Below are positions 48,743 through 59,434 of a DNA stretch of 64,000 nucleotides, piece after piece. Every line of letters starts with the position of its first letter. Position 1 is the stretch's first letter. The notes beneath the pieces are model-generated. The model was not told where the DNA came from. It was given only the letters and a program-made list of their open reading frames with translations, and searched no databases. The stretch comes from Bacteroidota bacterium (GTDB lineage: Bacteria; Bacteroidota; Bacteroidia; Bacteroidales; PUMT01). The DNA is taken from contig JBBIHY010000011.1 of NCBI GenBank assembly GCA_037446695.1, forward strand, positions 23,172-87,171, read 5' to 3'. Position numbers and translations under genes: made by a program.

Positions 48743-49687
48743 ATGAAAATTGGTTTAGATGTAATGGGAGGTGATTTTGCTCCTGATGCAATAGTTTCAG
48801 GGGCAATTCTTGCCTTTGGTGAATTGCCATCAGAAACAAAAATAGTTTTGGTTGGAAACAAGCCTGACATTCTCAGAATTTGTGAAAAGGAGAATTTTGA
48901 TGCCGGAAATTTTGAAATTGTGCATACCGAGGAGGTAATAGGCATGGGAGAGCATCCTGCCAAGGCCTTTCAGAAAAAAACGGGATCAAGCATTGTAACA
49001 GGATTCAAACTGCTTGTTTCAGGAGCAATTGATTCTTTTGCCAGTGCTGGCAATACCGGAGCTATGATGGTTGGTGCAATGTTCATTGTAAAATCTATTC
49101 CTGGTATTATACGTCCGGCTATTTCGGCTATGGTGCCTGTTCTGGGGGGTAAATCCACATTGTTGCTGGATGTGGGGTTAAACCCCGATTGTCGTCCCGA
49201 TGTGCTCTATCAATATGGGTTAATTGGAGCCGTTTACTCAAAAGAAGTTTTTGACATTGAGAAACCAAGAGTTGCGCTGTTAAGCAATGGTTCAGAAGAG
49301 GAGAAGGGGAACCTGGTATCAAAAGCTGCATTTGAACTGATGAAAGGAAACCCGCAGTTTAACTTCGTTGGGAATGTTGAGGGGAACGATATATTCAGCG
49401 ATGAAAAGACCGACGTGATTGTTTGCGATGGTTTTGTTGGAAATGTAGTTCTGAAAGAGGCAGAGGCATTTTATACCATTATCAGGAAAAGAAAAATTCA
49501 GGATGAATTTTTTGAGAGGTTCAATTTTGAGAATTATGGCGGTACGCCTGTTCTGGGAATCAACCAGCCGGTAATTATTGGCCATGGGGCTTCCAACGCC
49601 AAAGCCATTAAGAATATGCTCATGCATTCACATGATGTTGTAAAAGCAAAACTAATAGACAAACTAAAACAGGCCTTTAAGGAATGA
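48743..49687 (+). CDS. plsX: phosphate acyltransferase PlsX
   Basis: The 314-aa ORF has the PlsX pattern (MKIGLDVMGGDFAP, SAGNTGA, NGSEEEKG, CDGFVGNV). Confidence 0.95.
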   Translation: MKIGLDVMGGDFAPDAIVSGAILAFGELPSETKIVLVGNKPDILRICEKENFDAGNFEIVHTEEVIGMGEHPAKAFQKKTGSSIVTGFKLLVSGAIDSFASAGNTGAMMVGAMFIVKSIPGIIRPAISAMVPVLGGKSTLLLDVGLNPDCRPDVLYQYGLIGAVYSKEVFDIEKPRVALLSNGSEEEKGNLVSKAAFELMKGNPQFNFVGNVEGNDIFSDEKTDVIVCDGFVGNVVLKEAEAFYTIIRKRKIQDEFFERFNFENYGGTPVLGINQPVIIGHGASNAKAIKNMLMHSHDVVKAKLIDKLKQAFKE

Positions 49688-50688
49688 CCTCCCTGCGAGC
49701 CACCATAACCGGGGTTGCTGCTGACCTTCCCGACTATATTCTTAATAACGAGGAGTTGAGTCGTTTGGTTGATACTTCCGATGAATGGATTATGACCAGG
49801 ATTGGCATTAAGGAAAGGAGAATTCTCAAAGAGACAGGAAAAGGCTCATCTCATTTGGGAGCTGCGGCAGTTAAAAAACTGCTGGCTAAAACAAATACCA
49901 GGCCCGAAGAAGTTGATATGCTTATTTGTGCAACTGTTACGCCCGATATGCAGTTCCCTGCAACAGCAAATATAATAAGCGATTTGGTTGGTATTAAGAA
50001 TGCCTTCAGCTATGATCTTAATGCCGGCTGCTCGGGCTTCCTGTATGCTCTTGCTACAGCATCCAAGTTTGTTGAATCGGGGGGCTATAAAAAAGTAGTA
50101 GTTGTTGGTGCTGAAAAAATGTCGTCCATTGTTGATTATACCGACAGGGCTACCTGCCCTATTTTTGGCGATGGAGCAGGGGCTGTGCTCTTGGAACCTA
50201 CAACTGAGGATATAGGGATAATTGATTTTGCTGTTGCTACTGATGGCTGTGGACGTCATCATTTGCACCAGAAAGCAGGTGGTTCTGTTAAACCTGCCTC
50301 CCATGAGACAGTGGAGGCCAGGGAGCATTTTATTTACCAGGAGGGACAGACAGTCTTTAAATTTGCCGTTTCCAGAATGGCTGATGTTTCAGTCGCCATG
50401 ATGAAAAAGCACAATATTACACCCGAAAAACTGGCATGGCTGGTACCCCACCAGGCAAATATGAGAATTATAGAGGCAGTTGCGAAAAGAATGGGTCTTG
50501 AAAAGGAAAAGGTAATGATAAATATTGAAAAGTATGGGAATACAACTGCTGCAACGCTCCCCTTGTGTTTATGGGAGTGGGAGCACAGGTTACGAAAGGG
50601 AGACAACATTATTCTTACTACCTTTGGCGCCGGATTTACCTGGGGGGCAATGTATCTGAAATGGGGATATACGGGAAATGAAAAATAA
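49684..50688 (+). CDS. fabH: 3-oxoacyl-ACP synthase III
   Basis: The 334-aa ORF has the active-site Cys (NAGCSGF) and the His/Asn regions (VPHQAN, GNTTAAT). It overlaps the plsX stop by 4 nt. Confidence 0.95.
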   Translation: MTSLRATITGVAADLPDYILNNEELSRLVDTSDEWIMTRIGIKERRILKETGKGSSHLGAAAVKKLLAKTNTRPEEVDMLICATVTPDMQFPATANIISDLVGIKNAFSYDLNAGCSGFLYALATASKFVESGGYKKVVVVGAEKMSSIVDYTDRATCPIFGDGAGAVLLEPTTEDIGIIDFAVATDGCGRHHLHQKAGGSVKPASHETVEAREHFIYQEGQTVFKFAVSRMADVSVAMMKKHNITPEKLAWLVPHQANMRIIEAVAKRMGLEKEKVMINIEKYGNTTAATLPLCLWEWEHRLRKGDNIILTTFGAGFTWGAMYLKWGYTGNEK

Positions 50689-50785
50689 AAAAAAAAAAGG
50701 TTTTGTATGCAATAAAAACAAAACGAAACAGTATTAATTAATTATTGTATGCATCTGAATCCGATAAAACTGAAATAAAATAAAT

Positions 50786-51187
50786 ATGGCAAAGAACAAT
50801 GATGTTGAAACAAATGTGATCAATCTGATTGGCGGTGGTACCGAAATTTCCGGTGACATTGTGTCCAATTCAGATATCAGGGTAGACGGTAGTGTTACCG
50901 GCAACCTTACTACAAAAGGAAAACTTGTAGTTGGAGAATCAGGCAGATTAAAAGGTGATATCAATTGCAAGAATGCCGATATCTCTGGTAAAATTGAAGG
51001 AAAGATCAATGTGAGTGAACTGCTTACGCTGAAGCCTTCTTCCTTTATTAACGGGGATATTACTACTCATCGTCTGGCCATAGAACCAGGATCGGTATTT
51101 ACCGGCAATTGTAAAATGGAGAGCCAGAAATCCAGCAATCCTTTTGAGAAGGTGAAAGCGAATGAAACCGCAAGGGCTGGTAACTAA
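50786..51187 (+). CDS. bactofilin-family polymer-forming cytoskeletal protein
   Basis: The 133-aa ORF has repetitive beta-helix windings (GDIxSNSDIRVDGSVTGNL..GKLVVGESGRLKGDI..ADISGKIEG). Confidence 0.8.
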   Translation: MAKNNDVETNVINLIGGGTEISGDIVSNSDIRVDGSVTGNLTTKGKLVVGESGRLKGDINCKNADISGKIEGKINVSELLTLKPSSFINGDITTHRLAIEPGSVFTGNCKMESQKSSNPFEKVKANETARAGN

Positions 51188-51211
51188 CTCACCTTGGAAA
51201 TGAAAATCACG

Positions 51212-51247
51212 GGGTTTGATTGTAAAGTCAAACCCTTTCTTTTTTCT
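51212..51247 (+). terminator. rho-independent terminator after bactofilin gene
   Basis: The stem GGGTTTGA/TCAAACCC is followed by TTTCTTTTTTTC. Confidence 0.7.
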
Positions 51248-51288
51248 GAACCTTACATATCTTTGAGGTTTTAGATAATCTCTCAGAA

Positions 51289-51672
51289 ATGGAAACGCGA
51301 AATTTCATTAACCGCTGTATCACTTTTTTTCCTGTTCTTTTTTTGGCCGGATATATACTTTTTGAAACTGTTTTACAGCAGTTTTATCATGCCACCTATT
51401 ATTACATTTTCTTCCTTTTTTTCATTGTTACAATTTTCTCTGGAATCGTCTTTATAAGACTTTCAGAGAAAAATCCCATTAAATTCTCACTTTATTATCT
51501 TGCCGTCACGGGGGTGAAATTGTTTCTGTATCTATTGATTTTACTAGCTTTTGTAATGAGTTTCAATGAATCGGCTGTAAGAATAAGTATTTTTTATCTT
51601 TCTATGTATTTAATTGTTAAGACATTTGAGATTGTCCTACACCAATCTTTCAGTCGCCGCCTTAAAAAATGA
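51289..51672 (+). CDS. small membrane protein preceding atpB (possible AtpI-like)
   Basis: The 127-aa ORF has about 4 TM helices. The call rests only on its position directly upstream of atpB. Confidence 0.4.
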   Translation: METRNFINRCITFFPVLFLAGYILFETVLQQFYHATYYYIFFLFFIVTIFSGIVFIRLSEKNPIKFSLYYLAVTGVKLFLYLLILLAFVMSFNESAVRISIFYLSMYLIVKTFEIVLHQSFSRRLKK

Positions 51673-51750
51673 TATAACTTTTGCCCTCCTTGTTACGTAT
51701 AGCAATAACAGTTTTTTTATTAGTTTTACATAGGATAAAATACCTAGGCT

Positions 51751-52860
51751 GTGTTTTTCAAACAATTGCTATTTAATGGGTTTGTTTTATGCCTGCTGGC
51801 TTTTCTGCCAACCGGCCTTTTGGGTGCAACACAGTCCCCGCATGCCGTTGAGAAAGGTCATGAAAAGGAAAAAAAGAAATTTGATCCCGGACGGTTCATA
51901 CTTGACCATATTGCAGATGCGTACTACTGGCACATTTTTTCCTACGAAGACAAGCATATCTCTGTTCCTTTGCCTGTTATTCTTTTCAGTCGACATAGCG
52001 GGTTACATATTTTTCACTCAGGCAAATTTCATCACGGTTACGATTCCTATAAGGGTTTCAGTATAGAACAGGAAGCCCCATATAAAGGAAAGATAGTTGA
52101 AAGAATTCATGCAGGAACTGCTGAAGAAATTATTCTTGTTCCCCTGAACCTGTCAATCACAAAAAATGCTCTCGCTCTGTTTTTTGGCGCTGGCCTGGTG
52201 GTATATCTTTTTTTATCAATGGCCTCTCATTACCGAAGGAATCCTTTCAAAGCCCCCGGCGGGGTTGGAGCAATTATAGAACCTATAATTCTTTTTGTAA
52301 GGGATGATATTATAAAACCTGCAATTGGAGAGAAAAAACACGAGGAGTTTCTTCCATACCTGTTAAGCCTCTTTTTTTTCATATGGATTAATAATATGCT
52401 TGGGCTAATTCCCATTTTCCCCATGGGAGCCAATGTGACTGGGAATATTTCTGTTGCAATGGGACTGGCCTTGTTCACATTCGTAGTTGTAAACATAAAT
52501 GGGAATAAACATTATTGGCAGGACATTTTTAACACTCCCGGAGTTCCGGTTTTCCTTAAGCTGCCAATTCCTCTTTTACCCATTATTGAATTGATGGGGG
52601 TGCTTATCAAACCATTTGTGCTTATGGTGCGCTTGTTTGCAAATATAACAGCCGGACATATTATTAAACTTGGATTTTTGAGCCTCATTTTTGTATTCGG
52701 ACAATTATCACCCGAATTTGGATACGGGATTTCGGTTTTGTCAGTTTTGTTCGGGATTTTCATGATAATGCTGGAATTGCTTGTATCACTGATCCAGGCA
52801 TATGTGTTTACATTGCTTACATCGTTGTATATTGGAGCTGCCGTATCAGGCGGCCATTAA
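51751..52860 (+). CDS. atpB: F0F1 ATP synthase subunit a
   Basis: The start codon is GTG and the ORF is 369 aa. It contains the conserved stator Arg region (LMVRLFANITAGH). There is an N-terminal extension with a signal-like segment. Confidence 0.9.
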   Translation: MFFKQLLFNGFVLCLLAFLPTGLLGATQSPHAVEKGHEKEKKKFDPGRFILDHIADAYYWHIFSYEDKHISVPLPVILFSRHSGLHIFHSGKFHHGYDSYKGFSIEQEAPYKGKIVERIHAGTAEEIILVPLNLSITKNALALFFGAGLVVYLFLSMASHYRRNPFKAPGGVGAIIEPIILFVRDDIIKPAIGEKKHEEFLPYLLSLFFFIWINNMLGLIPIFPMGANVTGNISVAMGLALFTFVVVNINGNKHYWQDIFNTPGVPVFLKLPIPLLPIIELMGVLIKPFVLMVRLFANITAGHIIKLGFLSLIFVFGQLSPEFGYGISVLSVLFGIFMIMLELLVSLIQAYVFTLLTSLYIGAAVSGGH

Positions 52861-52906
52861 AAAGAATTTGGAAGATCATTTATTAATATTTAAAAATTTA
52901 AACATT

Positions 52907-53164
52907 ATGTTAAGTTTAATTCTTCTTCAAGCTGCTGAATATGCAGAATCCATTTCAAAGGTTGGTGCAGTCCTGGGTGCTGCCATTTCACTTATTGGAG
53001 CCAGTTATGGAATCAGCCGTATTGGTGTTTCTGCCCTGGAGGCCATCACACGTCAGCCGGAAGCTGCCGGTGATGTCCGCTCCAATATGATTGTTTCTGC
53101 TGCGCTGATTGAGGGTGCTGCATTTTTTGCCATTGTTGTTTGTTTGCTTGTATTGGTACTGTAA
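52907..53164 (+). CDS. atpE: F0F1 ATP synthase subunit c
   Basis: The 85-aa hairpin protein has the loop RQPE and an ion-binding Glu in AALIEGAAFF. The start is taken at the internal ATG of the ORF-track entry. Confidence 0.92.
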   Translation: MLSLILLQAAEYAESISKVGAVLGAAISLIGASYGISRIGVSALEAITRQPEAAGDVRSNMIVSAALIEGAAFFAIVVCLLVLVL

Positions 53165-53228
53165 ACAGGTTGTTTCCTGATTGTTTAATTCCTTTTGTAT
53201 TTATTAGCAGAAGGATAATTCTTGAACC

Positions 53229-53723
53229 ATGGATCTTATAACTCCTGATTTCGGATTGTTTTTCTGGATGACTCTTACCTTCGGAATCGTTTTGTTTATC
53301 CTTAAGAAATTTGCGTGGAACACGATTGTTTTTGCTATAAAGGAGAGAGAAAAGACAATTAATGAAGGTGTTGCCAATGCAATGAAAATAAAAGAAGAAA
53401 TGGTAGAAATCCACAACAGGGCGGAGAAAATCCTGCATGAGGCAAGGATGGAGAAAGATGAACTTGTGAGGCAGGGCAGGGAAATGAAAGAAAAAATCAT
53501 TACAGAGGCTAAGGAACAGGCAAACATGGATGTTCAGAAGATGATGGAAAATGCCCAAAAGAAAATTGAGGAGCAAAAACAATTGGCCCTGAATGAGATG
53601 AAGATTGAAATTACCAATCTTTCTGTGGAAATAGCAGAAAAAATCCTTCGTAAAAAAATGGAAGACAAGAAAGCACAGAAGGAAATGGTTGCCGGATTTT
53701 TACAAAACCTGAAAAGTAACTGA
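53229..53723 (+). CDS. atpF: F0F1 ATP synthase subunit b
   Basis: The 164-aa ORF has an N-terminal TM helix followed by a long charged helix. It sits between atpE and atpH. Confidence 0.88.
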   Translation: MDLITPDFGLFFWMTLTFGIVLFILKKFAWNTIVFAIKEREKTINEGVANAMKIKEEMVEIHNRAEKILHEARMEKDELVRQGREMKEKIITEAKEQANMDVQKMMENAQKKIEEQKQLALNEMKIEITNLSVEIAEKILRKKMEDKKAQKEMVAGFLQNLKSN

Positions 53724-53731
53724 ACTTTTAC

Positions 53732-54289
53732 ATGAGCCAGAGTAAAATTCATGTGAGATATGCAAAGGCACTCTTTCAACTGGCCCTTGAAAAAGGTTTT
53801 CTTGATGAGGTAAAAAAGGATATGGATTTTTTGCTCAAGGCTTATTCCGAAAATGCTAATTTTTCAGGCCTTGCAGTCAACCCCTCGATCGTGGGGAAGA
53901 AAAAGCATGCCATTTTCACAGAACTTTTCGGGAAGTTTATACACCCCTTTACATTTTCTTTTCTGGAATTGCTCCTTGAAAAAAAGAGAGAATTATTTAT
54001 TCCGGGCATTGCAAGACATTTTGCACACCTTTACAGGAAGGAAAAAAATATCCTGAAAGTTACACTGATATCTTCAGATCAACCTGAAAAGGAAACAATC
54101 AAAACGATTTTGTCAAAACTCAGGGAATTGTTATGCTGTGAAGTGGAGTTTGAATTGAAAACAGATGATAGCCTGATAGGTGGATTTCAGCTGAAAACGG
54201 ATGATATTCTGCTGGATGCAAGTGTACAGGGGGAGTTGAAAAAAATCCGGAATACATTGATAGAGAAAACAGCCTTAATAAAAACGTAA
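53732..54289 (+). CDS. atpH: F0F1 ATP synthase subunit delta (OSCP)
   Basis: The 185-aa ORF has the N-terminal pattern [10 protein letters not shown] and the C-terminal pattern LIGGFQLK. Confidence 0.88.
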   Translation: MSQSKIHVRYAKALFQLALEKGFLDEVKKDMDFLLKAYSENANFSGLAVNPSIVGKKKHAIFTELFGKFIHPFTFSFLELLLEKKRELFIPGIARHFAHLYRKEKNILKVTLISSDQPEKETIKTILSKLRELLCCEVEFELKTDDSLIGGFQLKTDDILLDASVQGELKKIRNTLIEKTALIKT

Positions 54290-54309
54290 ATTCTGTTAAA
54301 ATATCGGTC

Positions 54310-55905
54310 ATGAGTGAAATTAAACCGGGCGAAATAGCAGCCATACTAAAAAAACAGCTGGAAGGGTATAAATCTCTTACCGAGTATGAAGAGGTAGGGA
54401 CTGTTCTTCAGATTGGTGATGGTATAGCCCGAATATATGGCTTATCAAATGTTCAGGCAAATGAACTGATTGAATTTGAATCGGGTACTAAAGGCATAGT
54501 CCTGAATCTTGAAGAGGATAATGTTGGTGCGGTTTTGCTTGGGTCTTCCGGAGGAATTTTTGAGGGAGGTCTTGTAAGACGAACAAAAAGAATTGCTTCT
54601 ATCCAGGTGGGAGAAGGATTATTGGGCAGGGTGATTAATACGCTCGGAGCCCCTGTTGACGGTAAGGGGGCAATTGCCGGGAAAATGTTTGAAGTTCCTT
54701 TTGAGAGAAAGGCTCCTGGTGTAATTTTCAGGCAGCCGGTTACAGAACCCCTTCAAACCGGAATCAAGGCAATTGATGCCATGATTCCAATCGGCAGAGG
54801 CCAGCGTGAGTTAATAATTGGAGACAGGCAAACCGGCAAAACAGCAATAGCCATCGATACTATCATCAACCAGAAAGAGTTTTATGAGCAGGGCAAACCG
54901 GTCTATTGCATTTATGTGGCTGTTGGTCAAAAAGGCTCTACTGTAGCACGAATTGCAAAGGTGCTGGAAGAAAAAGGGGCTATGCCCTATACAGTAATTG
55001 TATCATCAACCGCCTCAGATCCGGCTGCTCTTCAGTTTTACGCCCCTTTTGCCGGAGCTGCCATCGGTGAATATTTCAGGGATACAGGCCGGTCGGCATT
55101 GATCATTTACGATGACCTATCCAAGCAGGCTGTTTCTTACCGGGAGGTTTCCCTGTTGCTAAGAAGGCCTCCCGGCAGGGAAGCCTACCCCGGGGATATT
55201 TTTTACCTGCACTCCAGGTTGCTGGAACGAGCAGCCAAAATTATTGCCTCGGATGAGATTGCTGCTCAGATGAACGATTTACCTGATAGTCTTAAACCTG
55301 TTGTGAAAGGGGGAGGTTCCCTTACAGCTCTGCCTATAATTGAAACCCAGGCCGGAGATGTGTCGGCGTACATCCCAACTAATGTTATTTCCATTACCGA
55401 CGGGCAGATTTTTCTGGACAATAACCTGTTCAATGCAGGTATCAGGCCGGCTATCAATGTGGGGATATCCGTATCAAGAGTGGGTGGAAAAGCGCAAATT
55501 TCTCCCATGAAGAAAGTGGCTGGTACTCTAAAAATCGATCAGGCTCAATACCGCGAACTGGAAGCATTTTCAAAATTTGGATCCGATTTGGATGCTGCTA
55601 CTCTCGCTGTTTTGGATAAAGGCTCCAAGAATGTTGAGATACTTAAGCAGGGACAGTTTTCACCCATGCCTGTTGAATTGCAGGTGGCTATCATCTATTG
55701 TGGCACGAAAGGATTGCTAAGAGAAATACCTGTTTCCAAAATCAGGGATTTCGAAAAGGAATTTCTTCAGAGAATGACCGAATCACAATTTGAAGTTCTT
55801 GAAAAAATAAAACAGGGACAATTTAATGATGATATTACTGCTGCCTTTGAAAAAGTAGCTGCCGAAGTGGCTGAAAAAATGGTACCTAAAAGGACTGCTA
55901 TCTGA
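54310..55905 (+). CDS. atpA: F0F1 ATP synthase subunit alpha
   Basis: The 531-aa ORF has Walker A (GDRQTGKT) and the alpha signature region ([21 protein letters not shown]). Confidence 0.97.
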   Translation: MSEIKPGEIAAILKKQLEGYKSLTEYEEVGTVLQIGDGIARIYGLSNVQANELIEFESGTKGIVLNLEEDNVGAVLLGSSGGIFEGGLVRRTKRIASIQVGEGLLGRVINTLGAPVDGKGAIAGKMFEVPFERKAPGVIFRQPVTEPLQTGIKAIDAMIPIGRGQRELIIGDRQTGKTAIAIDTIINQKEFYEQGKPVYCIYVAVGQKGSTVARIAKVLEEKGAMPYTVIVSSTASDPAALQFYAPFAGAAIGEYFRDTGRSALIIYDDLSKQAVSYREVSLLLRRPPGREAYPGDIFYLHSRLLERAAKIIASDEIAAQMNDLPDSLKPVVKGGGSLTALPIIETQAGDVSAYIPTNVISITDGQIFLDNNLFNAGIRPAINVGISVSRVGGKAQISPMKKVAGTLKIDQAQYRELEAFSKFGSDLDAATLAVLDKGSKNVEILKQGQFSPMPVELQVAIIYCGTKGLLREIPVSKIRDFEKEFLQRMTESQFEVLEKIKQGQFNDDITAAFEKVAAEVAEKMVPKRTAI

Positions 55906-55921
55906 TTCACCAGTAAACTGA

Positions 55922-56821
55922 ATGGCTAACCTCAAGGAAATACGCACCCGGCTCGCCACGGTTATTTCAACCCGGCAGATTACAAGTGCCATGAAAATGG
56001 TCTCTGCAGCCAAACTCAGAAAATCACAGGATGCAATCATTCAGATGAGACCATTTGCTCAAAAGCTTCATGAGATTTTACATCATTGCCGGGCATGTTT
56101 CTCTGTTTTTGAAAACCCTTTAATGGCTGAAAGGCCGGTAAAGAGAGTGCTTATTATTATGGTCTCTTCCAACAGGGGTTTATGCGGAGCCTTTAATGTA
56201 AATATTGCCAGGTCAGCCATACAGATTGCAAACGAGCATTTCAAATCTCAGCTACTGGACAAGAAGGTGGATTTTCTTGCAATCGGGAAAAAAGGGGCTG
56301 ATTATATGCGTAATAGAGGAATTTCTCTCGTTGAAACAAGAAATGATTTATTGGATGATTTGAACTTTGATAATTCAGCTGCTTTTATTGAGAAGGTTAT
56401 TGAAAACTTTTCCAGCGGGTATTATGATCATGTTGGGTTGGTTTATAACCGTTATAAAAATGCACTTGTTCAGATCATTACAACCGAAACATTTCTTCCC
56501 CTTCAGCCTGAGCAAGTGGAACAGCATGAAGAGGAACTCAGGGAGCTAATGCCTTCAGAAAGTGAATACATCATAGAACCTTCACTTGATTATATTGTGA
56601 AACGATTGATCCCCAAAATGCTTAAAATAGATTTTTACAAGGCACTTCTTGATTCCAGCGCGTCGGAACATGGAGCCAGAATGACTGCAATGCACAAAGC
56701 TACCGATAATGCCACCCAGTTGATTACTGAATTGAGGCTAAATTATAACAAGGCACGGCAGTCATCCATCACCAATGAGATATTGGAAATTGTTGGTGGT
56801 GCTGAGTCACTCGGCAAATAA
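55922..56821 (+). CDS. atpG: F0F1 ATP synthase subunit gamma
   Basis: The 299-aa ORF has the N-terminal (MANLKEIRTRL..TRQITSAMKMVSAAKL) and C-terminal (ARQSSITNEILEIVGGAE) gamma helices. Confidence 0.95.
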   Translation: MANLKEIRTRLATVISTRQITSAMKMVSAAKLRKSQDAIIQMRPFAQKLHEILHHCRACFSVFENPLMAERPVKRVLIIMVSSNRGLCGAFNVNIARSAIQIANEHFKSQLLDKKVDFLAIGKKGADYMRNRGISLVETRNDLLDDLNFDNSAAFIEKVIENFSSGYYDHVGLVYNRYKNALVQIITTETFLPLQPEQVEQHEEELRELMPSESEYIIEPSLDYIVKRLIPKMLKIDFYKALLDSSASEHGARMTAMHKATDNATQLITELRLNYNKARQSSITNEILEIVGGAESLGK

Positions 56822-56945
56822 TTTCAAATAAGGTAATAACCAGGTTTATTAAATTACTTCAGCAAACAAAGATTTTGGAAATGTTGGATACTATAGTATT
56901 TTTACGCCTCGTTTGTCAAAATATTTTTAGGGATACTTTTCTTAT

Positions 56946-59363
56946 ATGTTCACAGTTATAGCCAGGATAATACTTCGAAACAGAATTGCAATCATAATTC
57001 TGCTGGGGCTTATAACTGTCTTTTTTGGCTATCAGGCCCAAAAGGTCCGGTTTTCTTATGAACCTGCAGTTCTTGTTCCCAAAACTGATTCTATATTGAT
57101 TCAGTTTAATGAATACCGTGAAATATTCGGGGAAGACATGAATGTTGTGGTGGTTGGAATTGAGGATTCCCTGTTTTTCCGGTTAGAACACTTCATAAAC
57201 TGGCTTGATTTAATAGATTCTCTAAAAAAACTGGATGGCATTCAGGATGTATTTTCAATTACGGAAGCCTATAATATTATTAAGAACAGTGAGGATCGAA
57301 AGTTTGAAATAATACCGGTGGTGGAGGGCAAACCTTCTTCACAGGAGGAAGTAGACCAGATCGAGTCACTCATAGCCTCGCTTCCATTTTATGAAAATGC
57401 TATTTACAATGCCCAATCGCCTGCATATCTTATTCTTGTAACCCTGGATAAGGAGAAACTTATCAGCAGTGAGAGAAAGAGCCTGATTTCCTCCATTGAA
57501 AAAACAACCCAACACTTTGCCGGCAATAAAGATCTTAAGACTCATTTTTCCGGATTGCCCTTTTACAGAGTCAGGGCAGGGGAAATTCTCGACAGGGAAA
57601 TGTATATGTTTGTTTTAATGGCAATTATCATTACCGGCCTTTTGCTTTTTTTGTTTTTTCGGTCGTTTAAGGTAGTTGTTTTTTCCATACTCATTGTGCT
57701 TACGGGTGTTGTCTGGGCGTTTGGTTTTATGGGCATGATTGGTTACCATATTACAATCCTTACCGCTGTTATACCCCCTGTGATTATAGTGATTGGAATA
57801 CCAAACTCCATCTTTCTCCTGAACAAATATCATAGTGAATACAGGCAACACGGGAATAAAATCCGCGCCCTGCAGCGGGTTATACAAAAGATTGGGGCAG
57901 CAACATTTCTTACCAATCTTACAACTGCTGCCGGCTTTGGCACTTTTATGCTCACCAGTACAAAAATTCTGAGAGAATTTGGATTAGTTGCGTCTGTAAA
58001 TATCATGGGGATTTATATTCTTTCTCTGTGTCTTATACCAATCATTTTTAGTTACCTGGCCCCACCTGATAAAAAGCACACAAAACATCTCGATAATAAA
58101 ATCATAAGCACCATAGTAAGCTTTTTTGAAGGCCTTTCCAACAGCCGCAGGACAAAAACATACATTGCCACCATTGCCATAGTAGTATTTGCATTTATTG
58201 GAATTTCATTCATAAAAAGCACCGGCTATATTGTGGATGATCTTCCAAAGGGTCACAAAATCAATCAGGATTTGGAGTATTTCGAGGAACAATTCAGCGG
58301 CATCATACCACTTGAAATTAAAATTGATACAAAAAGGAGGAGAGGTGTTCTTACTGGGTCCACTCTTCAGCTGATTGATGACCTGCAGGACTCGCTCCGG
58401 AAATATCCTGAACTCTCTAAACCAATTTCCATTGTTGAGGCTGTGAAATTTGCACGTCAGGCATTCTTTAACGGAGCACCTCATCAGTACAGGTTGCCCA
58501 GCAATACCGAAAGAAATTTTATCATGGCCTATGCCGGTAATTTTACTGACCAGTCAAGAATTGCCGGCTCCTATATCGACAGCGAGGGTCAAATTACCCG
58601 TGTGAGCTACAAGGTGGCCGACATTGGCTCAAACAGTATGCGGGAACTTGAACAGAATATTCGCCGCGAGATTGCGCAAATTTTTCCCGAGGAACATTAT
58701 ACCGTAGTGGTTACAGGTACCAGTATTCTTGCTGCGCATGGAAATAAATACCTGACAAGGAGCCTGTTTACCAGTTTGTTTATTGCCGTTCTGGCAATTG
58801 CATTTTTTATGGCTTGGATGTTTTCCTCCTGGGAAATGGTTGTTATATCCATGATCCCAAACTTTATTCCTTTGTTGATTACAGCCTCTTTCATGGGATA
58901 TTTTGGAATACCAATTAGACCCTCTACAGTTCTGGTATTCTCCATAGCATTTGGTATTTCGGTTGATAATACCATTCATTTTCTTGCAAAATACCGGCAG
59001 GAACTAAAAGCCACATGTTTTGATATTGGACGCTCTGTACGTTTCGCAATCCGGGAGGCAGGAATTAGCATGCTTTATACCTCTATCATCCTCTTTTTTG
59101 GATTTGGTATTTTTTCACTTTCATCATTTGGAGGCACAGTTGCATTGGGAGTGCTCGTTTCCTTTACTCTTTTGGTTGCCGCAACATCTAATCTCATTTT
59201 GCTGCCATCCATGCTGTTAACAAGGGAAAAAGCACTCAGGAAGAGGAGGCGGACAGAGAAATTTGAGGAACCACTTATGCAGATTTTTGATGAGGAATCC
59301 GTTGAAAAAACTGCTCTTGTTGAAATTCATGAAGAATTTTCGCCCTCATCCGGTAAATCATGA
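56946..59363 (+). CDS. MMPL/RND-superfamily transporter (two 6-TM bundles with large periplasmic loops)
   Basis: The 805-aa ORF shows an internal duplication of TM bundles with sterol-sensing-domain-like character, typical of MMPL/HpnN-like exporters. The substrate is unknown. Confidence 0.75.
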   Translation: MFTVIARIILRNRIAIIILLGLITVFFGYQAQKVRFSYEPAVLVPKTDSILIQFNEYREIFGEDMNVVVVGIEDSLFFRLEHFINWLDLIDSLKKLDGIQDVFSITEAYNIIKNSEDRKFEIIPVVEGKPSSQEEVDQIESLIASLPFYENAIYNAQSPAYLILVTLDKEKLISSERKSLISSIEKTTQHFAGNKDLKTHFSGLPFYRVRAGEILDREMYMFVLMAIIITGLLLFLFFRSFKVVVFSILIVLTGVVWAFGFMGMIGYHITILTAVIPPVIIVIGIPNSIFLLNKYHSEYRQHGNKIRALQRVIQKIGAATFLTNLTTAAGFGTFMLTSTKILREFGLVASVNIMGIYILSLCLIPIIFSYLAPPDKKHTKHLDNKIISTIVSFFEGLSNSRRTKTYIATIAIVVFAFIGISFIKSTGYIVDDLPKGHKINQDLEYFEEQFSGIIPLEIKIDTKRRRGVLTGSTLQLIDDLQDSLRKYPELSKPISIVEAVKFARQAFFNGAPHQYRLPSNTERNFIMAYAGNFTDQSRIAGSYIDSEGQITRVSYKVADIGSNSMRELEQNIRREIAQIFPEEHYTVVVTGTSILAAHGNKYLTRSLFTSLFIAVLAIAFFMAWMFSSWEMVVISMIPNFIPLLITASFMGYFGIPIRPSTVLVFSIAFGISVDNTIHFLAKYRQELKATCFDIGRSVRFAIREAGISMLYTSIILFFGFGIFSLSSFGGTVALGVLVSFTLLVAATSNLILLPSMLLTREKALRKRRRTEKFEEPLMQIFDEESVEKTALVEIHEEFSPSSGKS

Positions 59364-59434
59364 CCTGAACCCTTTTGGAATAATAATTGTTCCCTTTGTA
59401 TCTTCCGGTAATATTATCCCCTAAATTAGGTATT

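Noticed and set aside
53046-53582. 178-aa and 107-aa minus-strand ORFs inside the atpE/atpF region.
   Set aside because: They are antisense to well-supported ATP synthase genes. The composition is low-complexity and Phe/Leu/His-rich, typical of the reverse complement of a Lys/Glu-rich helix gene.
51751-56821. Considered whether this is an N-type (Na+) ATPase or an alternative atp operon.
   Set aside because: Gene order is the canonical atpB-E-F-H-A-G with no atpQ/atpR. The c-subunit has the plain carboxylate motif (IEGA), without the Gln / Glu-Ser(Thr) Na+-coordination pattern.
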